64,000 nt of DNA, taken from the NCBI GenBank assembly GCA_036172245.1, contig JAYWIR010000051.1:310001-374000 (forward strand). The letters are read 5' to 3'. Each line of letters begins with the position of its first letter. Within the stretch, counting starts at the first letter, position 1. The DNA comes from Raillietiella orientalis (Eukaryota). Both the position numbers and the translations under genes were made by a program. This document shows positions 11,901 to 22,219 of the stretch, one piece after another. The notes below the pieces were generated by a model. That model searched no databases and was not told the origin of the DNA. It worked only from the letters and a program-made list of their open reading frames with translations.

Positions 11901-14780
11901 CTTGAGAAAATCCGTTGACGAAGCGAGTTGCACACTTCGGATCGAGTGCGCAAGGAAACAGCATGTATGTGTGTGTATATTCATACGTATGGATGAAGCG
12001 GATAATCCGTAGACGGAACAGGCCCGTGCCTACCTGACCATGTGAGTTATTTCTTCTGTCTGCAAGGTGGTGTCAAACAGTCGCGGGTGGATGTTGGAAA
12101 ATTAAGCCTCCCATAAATTAAAAATCAGCAAAGTGTGAAGGGTATGCCGGGCAAATTGACCTTTCAAAAGTTCATCAAAGGTCTTCTTCCATCAGTGCCA
12201 TTTTCATACCGGCTCATATTCTGAATCTGCGCCAGCTCGGTGACAAGACAACGGAATGTGCCTTCCACTGATTTCATGTGGAATAATACTAAAGGGGAGG
12301 GGCCATCATCTTCCAAACATATTAACCGGGTGCAAACGATTCCGGAATTCGGAGACGCCCTACAATCTTGAAGTGGTTGTGCTCAGTTAAGCAATTGCAG
12401 TTGGTACTTTATTAAAGAAATGCAGGTGTGTTAGCGAAGCGTACAAGAGCACGTAATTCCGAGAATGACTCCGTCTTCTCGATCTCTTGAGAGAAATCAG
12501 AGGCGTATGAATCGAAAACAACGGAGATTCCGCAGGATGTAAGAAGCTCTTTGCAATCTGCTGGTGAGTTCTGCCTCCCCTCGGTATCCGCAGCACGTTC
12601 TTCATTAAGGCTCACTTTCTGATTAATTTTTGCGTTCTGATCACGTCGATTGGGATGTCCGTCCCTTCTCCCTTTTCGTACTTTGGACCACTTTGTGGAC
12701 AAAAAAACGAAAACAAGAAAACATGAGAGAGAAGAAAGGTTGAAAGGGGTAAGCACCGCAAGATATGCATTCAAGTCTTCAGCTTGTGGTTTCATTAATA
12801 CGTTTTTGTGCCCGCGTCATCGCAAACACACCACTGCTCGAATGGGATGCAAAAACATTGAATTTCGAAGAAGGCACCGGATTCGATTAGGTTCGGGAGG
12901 ATGACCGGACCACATTCCTGAACCTAGGAAACTCCACGTAGAAAGAGTAAGAAATCAGGTGCGCTGAACGAGGCACCGATTAAGGTCAGGTTGCTTTTGA
13001 TACTTCCTCTACATACACGCCACACAGAGGAGCAGGTCGCCTTCTTCGAGGTTCGACGTTTATTCTGTGTAGTCAAGATACTGTTTTTGTCTGACTATTT
13101 TCCGATTTCCAGTTCGCAATTCTGCTTTATTCAAGAATTTAATATCAGATGAGTTCAGATGAGTTTTCTTTCTGTTGTTTCCTTTGATATGAGATGGAAG
13201 AAACATTCCTAAACAAAAATCATTTCGATCATTATGCAATCTAGCAGTCGCATGCTGTCCATTTTACAAATCCGAAATTTCGTTTACTCTTCATCTCCCC
13301 ATTGAAGATTTTCCTCCACTGCTCCTTTAAGAGCATGATTTGGCGGGAAACATGCAATAACCTCTCCATAAGAATGGAAATTGTTGGCAAGGATTTAAGA
13401 TTGCTTTCTTTTGGCTCATATTATTATTATTATTAATTCTAAACGCAAATTAAGCTGCTCTCCTCTGCCTTGAAATGAGAAATGCAGATGTTTTTCAATG
13501 TTTTCTATCCCAATTGCGAGAAACACAAGAATTTTCTTGAAAAAAGAATAGTCAAATGAAAGTCCAAATGAATTAAAATTTGCAATACAACTGCCTTTCA
13601 GCCTCCACACCCAGCTTCTGCTGCCCTTTTCTTCCGGTCTTCACCGTTTATTCGGGGTTCTCCTGTGCCAAACACAAAACGCATATTCTCACAGCTAGTA
13701 TTCCTTCTTCCATATGTAACTCTTCTTCATGCATACCTGGGTTGTTGTTGATTTTTATTGTCAGTCGCCATCAAGTTCTCAGTGGCTTTCAGCCGAGAAC
13801 CATGTACAAATACGATTGCTAGAGAATTCAACTTTATCTTAGATGAACGAATGACTACTATTTGTAAATTCAAAAGCAAAGACTAAAGAGGGAGATTATT
13901 TCTCATAATGGCCAAATAGTAATTTATTAAACATTGGCAAGATGAACTGGAATAAGAACTAAAATTTTTAAACAGTTTAAGATAATGTGTTAAAGCAATG
14001 TTTTTTTTTTTTTACATTTGGAAAACGAAACTTGGAGTTTAGTAAGACCTTCATAACTAGATACGAGATTGTATTCCTTTCAAATATCGTACATACTCTT
14101 TCAAAACATATACCAATGACCAAATATTGGATGCTTTGGTTAATCACTGATATAATCTTGCTTTTTTATATGCATGAAGAAGAAGTATGCTGACCCAAAT
14201 TTCATGCCATGCAGTAATCCTAACATAAAATTCGTTTCTTATGCTACGACTAAAATGGTTGACATAAAGCGGTTGACAGTGATTCAAAGATGCAAGATTC
14301 CAGTGATCCATGCAACTATCTAAATTATTGTGTTTTTCAGTCGTTGATGCCAGGCACAGTACATGTGCTTCCGTCATGAGTTCTTATTTCGAGCTAGAAA
14401 TTTTATTCGTTCTCCACATGGGGACAAGCTGCCTTCATGCTTGATTCGGAGATGTGTATCCCCATGAAATGGCATGGAAGCATAAGGAAAGGAATTATGT
14501 TCAGCACACTTAGAATTAGGCATTTGAAGTGTGAAGGGAAAACCGCAAAGGATGCGTCCCCCAAAATTTGCACCAGGCATCACTGAACACGTTGCCATGG
14601 CAAACCAACGCTTTCCGGTTAGTCTGCGCAGGAGCATCGGAGTCTGCAGTGTTGTGCGCGTGCAGGCGGAGGCAAAGTTCAGCGTTGGGTTTCGTTTGCA
14701 CCCTACAAGATGCAGCGTGAAGTCTGTTGATTTACATATGATAAAGCTGTAGTCTGATAGCAGGAATTTTCTCCGCCGCG
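8990..14780 (-). pseudogene. Array A: degenerate core-histone remnants, all - strand
   Basis: H4 ~9290-9000 (SWRGWRG..GRRRRKAVDENLGI..GPIRISD..HALHKVTAR). H3 ~10700-10420 (ISPLIKDI; AIMGMKDAVKSFL vs AVMALQEASEAYL). H4 ~11700-11590 (MCAPMVATAVRAGARNLSPL). H3 ~12360-12170 (SGIVCTRLI..TFRCLVTELAQ). Weaker H2B/H3 units near 12500, 13700 and 14650. Confidence 0.6.
9096..9120. repeat. (CA)n microsatellite
   Basis: Perfect CA run inside an H4-like remnant. Confidence 0.95.
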
Positions 14781-14783
14781 CGC

Positions 14784-16629
14784 ATGGATATTTGTAGCAT
14801 ACACTGCTTGAGTGATGCGGTCTTGCTTCATGTGTTTTCCTCGTTGGAAGCCGAGGAGCTGTGCAGAATAGCAAGCGTCTGTAAGAGGTGGAATGCAGTT
14901 TCGAAGGATAATAGCCTTTGGAAGGCCTTACTCATTAAAGATTATTGCCTATCACCCACGTTCTACCTCTCAGCAGGTAAACACGTGTTCCATGTTTATT
15001 AGCAGTAAAAATCAATTTCACTTACACAACAAGAACAAATCATTGCTATTCACATTCATGCGAAGGGTTTCATGGATGATGAGGAGCAAAGCGGGAAAAA
15101 TTGTCAGTAAAGTTACAAGCAAATTTGCCGTCGAATTTTACGACATTTCAATTGTTATAAGAGATCATTATTTTAGGAAGTCATTGGTACATGGAGTATA
15201 AAAGAATATTTTGTCATGCTCCAGTGGTTGAAACTGAAGTACGTAGGGAGCATGATGATCAAGTACTGCATGTTTGTTTTTCACATGATGGAAAAATGCT
15301 ATCAAGCTGCTCAAGAGACTGCCATCTTATTCTTTGGGATGTTGGTCCCCCTACAACTGCAAGAAGCATTCAAGATATGAAGCCGTTTTCATGGAAACTC
15401 ACTCACTTTTCTCAGTTCAATGCATGTGACACTCTGCTGCTCGTTTGTGGTTTCCAAATGGAGTACAATTATAAAGGAGAAATAGCTGTTTTCCTTTTGG
15501 GTGATTGTCTGCAGCTTCAGTGCCGTGTCCCAAATCGCCCTTATGGTTCTTATGCTGCATGGTATAATGAGCATTCATTCGTTTCCAGCATGCTGCTGAA
15601 CCAAGTACCCCCTGTTCAATTTAATTCAGAATTCACAGTATGTCTCAACTCTGTTGCTGTAGACGCTCCAAACTTATCCAGCAATATGGTGTCCACAAGT
15701 CATCTCTTTCATTTTTGCAGCACAAAACAAATCACACATCGTTTTTTGAAAATAATACAGTCTCCTAGTGAAGGCCCCTTGTCTTATCTGGAGAAAGAGA
15801 AGGAATTTCAGAGAAAATGTCAGTCTTGTGAATTTCAAAATGTGGATCATGCTGGAGAAGAACCGAAATTGCTGGTGTTTTTAATGGGGCTGTGTCCATT
15901 TTCTACTCATTTGATTGGTGAGCATCAAGGTCTATCTGTGGCCATCTGATTTTTCAGGATTTAAGTGTATTACTTCGTACATGCTTCATGTGGATGATGA
16001 AGTTCATTCAGAATCTTTGCAGAGCGTACCAAGTCATCTGTTTGGTGAGCTTGATGAAGTCATTGATCTCCAGAAACACATCTCTGGATTTGCAGTCAGC
16101 CAGGATAAGCGGTGAGGAGTTGCATTTTCATACTTTCCAGCATTTTTTGTCATCTAGCTTCCTATATGCAACTTGCATCCCAATGGAGGATGACCTTGAA
16201 ATGCTTGATGACCCATATAGCCTTCATTACCATTTTGTGGAGTTGTACGAGATTGATCTTTTTGATCCATGTGTTGGCAGTAAACGTCAGTTTCAAACTC
16301 ACTGCATTTCAATTCCCGATCCATTTCCTGATCTATACTTTTGTAAACACTTTGTTGATGTATCTGAAAAGCTCTTAGCTTTTGTAGGAGGAAATTGCTT
16401 TGGACACGTATGGGACACACAGATTGGTTTTTGTATAAATTCACTGCAACATGATAACATAGTTACTTGTGTGGCTTTCAGTCCTACCAATCCTGAAGTG
16501 CTGGTCACTTCCAGTGCTACTCGCCTTACAGTGTGGCAGTCACGTTTTATTTCCAAAGGTTCAAATGCATTGAAGAAAGATAAAAGTGCTGGGGACAGTG
16601 TTCTTATCCAGCAGGATTTCGCTTTTTGA
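14784..16629 (+). CDS. FBXW5: F-box/WD40-repeat protein, FBXW5-like. Exons 14784-14976, 15177-15917, 15958-16111, 16158-16629 (1560 nt, 519 aa).
   Basis: Exon 1 encodes an F-box (LSDAVLLHVFSSLEAEELCRIASVCKRWNAVSKDNSLWK). Exon 2 begins WYMEYKRIFCHAPVVETEVRREHDDQVLHVCFSHDGKMLSSCSRDC, matching the FBXW5 WD region. Splicing at GT..AG sites keeps frame and restores FBXW5-like junctions THLIG|FKCI and SQDKR|FLY. Last exon has a WD repeat (LQHDNIVTCVAFSPTNPEVLVTSS) and ends in TGA. Confidence 0.9.
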
Positions 16630-16899
16630 AATTTCATTTTGCAATGCCACAAAGGCTTCACTGCTTGCCTCATGTCTCATTGCATTTGTTGTAAACTTGT
16701 TGCTGCTTGGTTACGATGAATTAAAAGGTTATTTCGTGCTTGTCCCTGCATTCCAATTGATTTGCCGGCCATTGCTTCCTGAGGAATTTCCATACCACCA
16801 GTATTCCGATCGAGTTGCGATAAAATGGGCCGTAAGTGGACCTGAAGACCGACGTGCCCAGTAAAAGTATTGGCCGTCAAAATTGTCGAAGCGAAAACG

Positions 16900-18100
16900 G
16901 ACTCGTTTCTCCCAGATTTCCCAGCTCGGGCAGCCTGGACACGAAAAAACTGCCATCCCATCCCCATCCCGGAAGAATGCTTCCCTTCACTACGACATGT
17001 TACCTTGCTGCCGTGATTTAAGAATTCTCTTCTTCCCAGTAATAGCCCGTTTCAACGTTAAGAAGGGAGTTTTTTGCAAGTTGGCTTTTATTTCAAGCGA
17101 GTGAGAACGATGAGGTCTTGTCAAACACTTGATGGACGTGTTCTTTTCTCTCTGATCGAGAATCGGGGTTTTGTCGTTTCTGATGCTCCCATTTCTGGAA
17201 GGCGCTTAAAGAGTTTTTTTTTTTTAAAGTTCAGTCTAAGAAGTACAACTGGCCGTAATCCACGTTGTACCGGAGCCTCTATTCGGAGCTTGGCGCATCC
17301 GTTATCCATGTTGAGTTTCCGGTTTATTGGAACTGCACCTCCTTGTTTAGGAATTCTCGCCGTCTGTGGATGCGAATGAGGTAAAATTTATGTCCGTGGC
17401 AGTAGGGTTGGCAGTATTTCGGGGATCACGGGGTCCCCGAAATACGAAAGATTGCTGGCTTTCGAGATCCCTCGGAAGGGCAGACCAAATCGGACTCTGG
17501 GACGTTCGTCTGAACGTGTGGCATTGCCGGCTGCTGGACAGGTCGTATGGGCTATCAGCCGAAGGCGAAGGGGAGCTGGACTGATTCTGTGACCACGACG
17601 TGCGGTGCTCGGACGACGGACAACATCCGTCTGTTCGACGATGTACGCAGCGTGATGAGCGAAGAGCCTCCCACGGATTGCAAGGAAGTGGTGGGTTCGA
17701 ACCCCCACCGAGGGCTTGCACGACGATTTCGCCTGTGGCACATCCTGTCGTCACTGAGGACTTCCTGAGCATGGTCGTCGCCAAGTTAACAATTCGGAAA
17801 GATGATGCCGGCGCATTCACAACAAGCGTTTCCTTGATTCATCGATGGCAGTTTTCGGCTTTAGAATGCCGGCATTTCTGAGGCGTCCATCTCTAGGAAA
17901 AAGAAGAAAAAAGAGGTCGGTGATCGACGATGCGGACACGACTGAAACAGGAGGGTCCTCAGAAATTTGGGAGAAAGGAAGCTGTCCTGACATTTCGCTT
18001 GTTCTACGCACGGTGATCCTCGTCTACCCGGCCAGCATACCCTCCGCACCAGCGGAATCAGACCCATCGTGGATCCAAGGACCGGATGGACTTCCAGCTG
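16900..18100 (-). pseudogene. Array B: a few degenerate histone remnants, - strand
   Basis: H3-like CWPG..RRTSEMSGQLPFSQISED (~18030-17950). H2B-like NLATTMLRKSSVTT..GEIVVQALGGG (~17790-17700). H3-like KKLFKRLPEMGA..PRF (~17230-17160). Confidence 0.4.
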
Positions 18101-18549
18101 TGACGCAGCCGTGATTCCCGCGGCACGCGCGCGCGGAAGCGCTCCCTGAAGGCTCGGCGACCGACCGATCGAGGCGCGCACCGCGCAGCATTGCCGCCCG
18201 AGCCGTTCCTTTCGGGTGACGGGAAAGATCTTGCACGTGCGCGTCCCTGACGCGGGCTGCGGTGGACATCCGCTCGCTTCGTCGCGCGGGTCCTCCTCCG
18301 GCCCTCTCTCCCTCCACGACGCTTTCCCCGCTTGCATGATAGAAGCCGCACCACGTCAGCCACGCGACTCCTGCGGGTCGATGGCTGGCTGGTTTCCCCA
18401 TCCGAAGCGGCCGGAGCCGAACGGGAATCGCACCCGCTCCTCCTCCTTGCCCGACCCGAGACCACGACCGGCGCAGTCGTCCCGGGCTTCCTTCGTGCAA
18501 TCCGTCGCCCCTGGAAGGTCGGGAAGCCTAGCTCAGCAGGCGGAACCCG

Positions 18550-20890
18550 CTAGGGGGGAGTGAGCGAGGCGTCAACTCTGCTCCTCCGGCTTGGACCGGC
18601 CAGCAGGACGAAAGAATCGATCATCCCTGATGGGAGACGGAGGGGGAGAAGGAAGCAGACCGGCCTTGCCGTGCGGGAGTGGGGCGAGGAAGGGACCGTA
18701 TGCTGCGCCGCACCCTCTTCAGACGCTCTGTCTGCCGTGGGAGGGTAGCCCCAGCCGGAGGGGGGAAGTCGCTGGCGAAGCGAGGCCCTCCGTCCCGACC
18801 ACGGCGTCCACTCCCATTTTCCTCCCTCTTTCGAGCTCGCGGTCCCGCAGGAGGAGGAAGGCCGGAGGGGAAGACCCCTCCGCGAGCTATCCTCAGAAGA
18901 GAGGGGAGGAGACTTTCAGAGGACCGGGTTGCCGGAGGCAACGGGAGGACGCACCCCATCACTGCTAAAGGGAGTCGGGCGACGATGCGACGCTGCAACC
19001 TCATACCGCGTGGGGAGTGAGGAGGTACTCCTCAAGGGGAGAAAATGGGGGGGGGGGCGAAAAGAGAAAGGCCGAGGGGACGGAGTCCTCCTCCGGGATG
19101 TGGGATGCGTCCTCTTGCCTCCTCCCCTCCCTCGTTTCGCGCCGTTCCTCTCTTCTTTCCCTCAGGGTCGCCTTGGCCACACGTCCCTCCCTCCTGCACG
19201 GGGCAATTTCCGAGGATGCCTCCCCAGGAGAAGGCGAGCAGGAGCTCCTCTCTCCCGACCGGCGAGTGACGAGACGCCTACACTGGGCCGCGACGTCCTC
19301 GGAGGAGGGACGCGTCGATCCCTGGAGCAACGATCCGCGTGAACCGCCCACCCTTCGGTCCAGGTGCAGCCTCCGATCGGGGGCATCCTCCGGGGAGCGC
19401 GTTCACCCTCGGGTCTTCGCCCTCCCACTGCCCACAGCGACCCCAGTCGGCCTTCCCGCGCCGCCTCACAGGGCGTGGAGTTCTTCCCTGGAGTGATCCC
19501 GGACCCCAGACGTCGCTCGGGGGAGCGTGTCGTCCACTTCTGTCAGGAGGGGCGTCGTTGCCCCAGGCTCTCTCCTTGGGTTTTGCGTGACCGGGGGAAG
19601 TGCGTAGCCCTCCTCCTCCAGCCGGGTCGCGAGGACTCCTGCTCCGCGAGGAGAGGGGAAAGAAGGGACCTCATCCGAGGGAATGCGCGGGAGAAGACTG
19701 GGGCCGCCTCCGGAGCAGACGTGACTTGGGTGAGAGGGTCAGGACGGCGCCATGATTGGGGGCATTGGCTGGAAGAGTCGCTCCGGGACATCCTTGAAAA
19801 ATCCCAAGGCCCCCCCTATGTCCTATCCCACGCTGGCGGAGATTGGCGTCTTCCAGTCTTCCACTCCTCTCGTGACGAGTTCCCGGGAGATCTGGGGGGA
19901 GGAAGGGGGGGACAAGCATCATCCTCCCTCCCGGCTAGACGACGGCAGGAAAGGGGAGGAGGGATCACAGGAGACTGCCCGCCCGAAGGTTACAGGGTTG
20001 CCCCGGAGACCTCCTCCTCCGGCTGCTCTTTCTGAAACCCTTGCCACGGAGCAGTCTGCGCGCCGAGCGAGATGGCGTCGTTCTTCTTGGAACGGAAGGG
20101 GCAGGAAGGAGTCAGGGCGAAGACTGTCGTCTCAGAAGCTCCTTTCCTTCTTTCCCCTTCCCCTCCTTCACCGCAGTCCATTGCCGAGGGAGCTTCGGCT
20201 CGCCGCCGTCAGGAGCGCTCCCGCCTCCCCTTCGCTCCCGACCGCCTCCGGTGCGGAAGTTCCTCCCTTTTCCAAGCGGAAGTGCCCTGCAGGAGCACTC
20301 TGCTCCCGGAACCGGCACAAGGGAAAGACCCGCCGTGCCTTCCTGCCGGAGGCAAAACCCGGAGGCCGCGACCGAAGTAGGAGGCCCGGATTTTCTCTTT
20401 CCCTTTCCCCCACGGGGAGGAAGGGAGGAAAAAAGGGACCCAGGAGCTCCTCCCCTTTTTCTTTTCGCCCCATCCATCTGGTCTTCGTCCCCCTTCCCCC
20501 CCCCCTCCCCCAAGCCATCGCATCCCCTCTCCGGAAGGTTGGAGGACCGGGGGGATCAGGGAAGAAACGCCGCAAAGGGCCCGCCCATGAAAGCGCGCGA
20601 GCGCCTCCGCCGCTCCATGCCATCAGCGGCCCGTGGCAACCGCCTTCCTTCGGTGGGGACGCATACTCCGGGCGAGATGAGGGTTCCTCCCTGTCCCCCT
20701 TCCTTCCTCCCGTTTCCTCCCGTCGAGGCGGCCGGTTCGCGTGCCGATAACGAGCGCGCGCGGTAGCCATGGCTACGGGGCCGCGACCGCGCCGTGGAAG
20801 TGTGAGCGTCTGCTCCGCCTCTTTCCGACGATCCCTTCGTCTCAGGTGCTTCACGGAGGCGAAGGGAAGGGGACATCGAGTCTGGGGGTG
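18550..20890 (-). mobile_element. Highly degenerate LINE (ORF1 end and APE)
   Basis: APE-like RRLH..GGRFTRIVAPGID (~19380-19310), similar to 340-385 and ~44380; knuckle-like SHGY ~20770. Confidence 0.4.
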
Positions 20891-20892
20891 AG

Positions 20893-21426
20893 GTTTTTTA
20901 GCCCGGATTGTCGGGGCATTTAATATGAAAAAAAATATATAATAAAAGTCATGATGTTAACAAAATCGTGGTAGGACACGTGGTTCTACCACGCGCGAAG
21001 GACTTGCCAAAAAGCGGTACGCAGACCGGTGAAGTCCGCTCTAGCGGCGAAGGGGAAGGAAAAACCAAACAAAAGCAAACAAAAAGACAAAAAAAAGAGG
21101 GAAAGGGAAGAAGTTTTGCGGGGAAAAGGAGGCGGGGAAAGAATCACCGTTCCCCGTGAGACGTCCGAGACGTCCTCTGCATCCTGTTCAGGATGCTGAC
21201 AAGTTCTGCATTCTTTGGTTGCACTTGGGGCCATCGGGAAGCTGCTTTCGAGAAGATTCCCGTCCAATGGGTGGCATTCCTGGTCCCTTCTTCTGGCCTT
21301 CGAGGTTGCTACGGTTCCGCGCACACAGCAGAGCACTGCTGGAGATGCGGCTGGCGACAGGGCGTCACGCATGAAGAGGCGCCGGAGAATGTTCTTGGAG
21401 TCGCTTACCGGGATTTTTAGGATCGA
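20893..21426 (-). mobile_element. LINE 3'-end fragment
   Basis: Reverse complement of 24404-24895: near-identical over 260 bp, then a diverged 3'UTR ending in a hairpin and A-run. Confidence 0.85.
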
Positions 21427-21459
21427 GATGGGGGTGAGGTGAGGAGGGACAGAAAGGTC

Positions 21460-22218
21460 CTTGCCTTTACCTCATGTCCCGGAAGACTCTTCAGGTGCTA
21501 GAGGGTCACCCACCTAAGAGCGGTTTGCGGCCACGAGCTCTCCGAGGGACAGCAGGGAGGGAGGAGGGTTCGCTCCGCTCCTTCAGTATGCCTGCGGGGG
21601 TTTCGTGGAGTCACAGCCCTGCAGTCATTCGCAGAGACACGCTCTGCCGCCAACCTCTTCGACGAGACTCTCTTACGGCAGGGGGTTGGGGCTGGACAGC
21701 GGGGTATATCCTTAGGGGTCAGACCGTCCAGCAGACCCTAGAGGTCTCCTTCCCGTAAGAAGGACGCCTAGGGGTCCCTGCGCCGAAGCACGAGCAGCAT
21801 GCTGGACCAGCAAGGGTTCCTGGTAGTCGCCCACCCGCCTCCCTGTGAGAGGTAACGCCTCTCCACAGGAGCATCCCTTTCTAGGGACGTCGCTGTCTTT
21901 CACTTGGGTCCACGTGGGGGGAAAAGGTGGGCGGTGCGATCCAGGCTGCTCCTCTGGTTGATACGTCGACGGATCTTCGGTCTCTGCGGCGACGTCCAGT
22001 TTCCTGCCTCTTCCTCAGGGTATCCAAAACAAGGAAAATGAACATCCCGCCCCAGACCAGGACGGACTGGGCGGGATGGGACTGGGAAGGCATTCCCTCA
22101 CGATCCCCGTCCTGCATCCTCTGCAATGGCGGAGTCTGGAGCCCACGCATGTTCTCCGGAACTGCTCTTCGACGTTTCCTTTTTAACAAATAAACGCATC
22201 GGAGTGATCGGGTGTTAA
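21460..22218 (+). mobile_element. Degenerate LINE 3' fragment
   Basis: SPSCILCNGG Cys pair, then AATAAA at 22189 and a cgcatcggagtgatcgggtg family terminus. Confidence 0.45.
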
Positions 22219-22219
22219 T

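Noticed and set aside
12030..13830. Minus-strand spliced gene suggested by a few GT/AG-like sites
   Set aside because: Joining the candidate exons gave stop codons; the ORF pieces are better explained as H3/H2B remnants.
17650..17715. tRNA-like T-arm/B-box (gtgggttcgaacccccac)
   Set aside because: I could not build an acceptor stem, D-arm or A-box; it overlaps a minus-strand H2B-like remnant. tRNAscan-SE would settle it.
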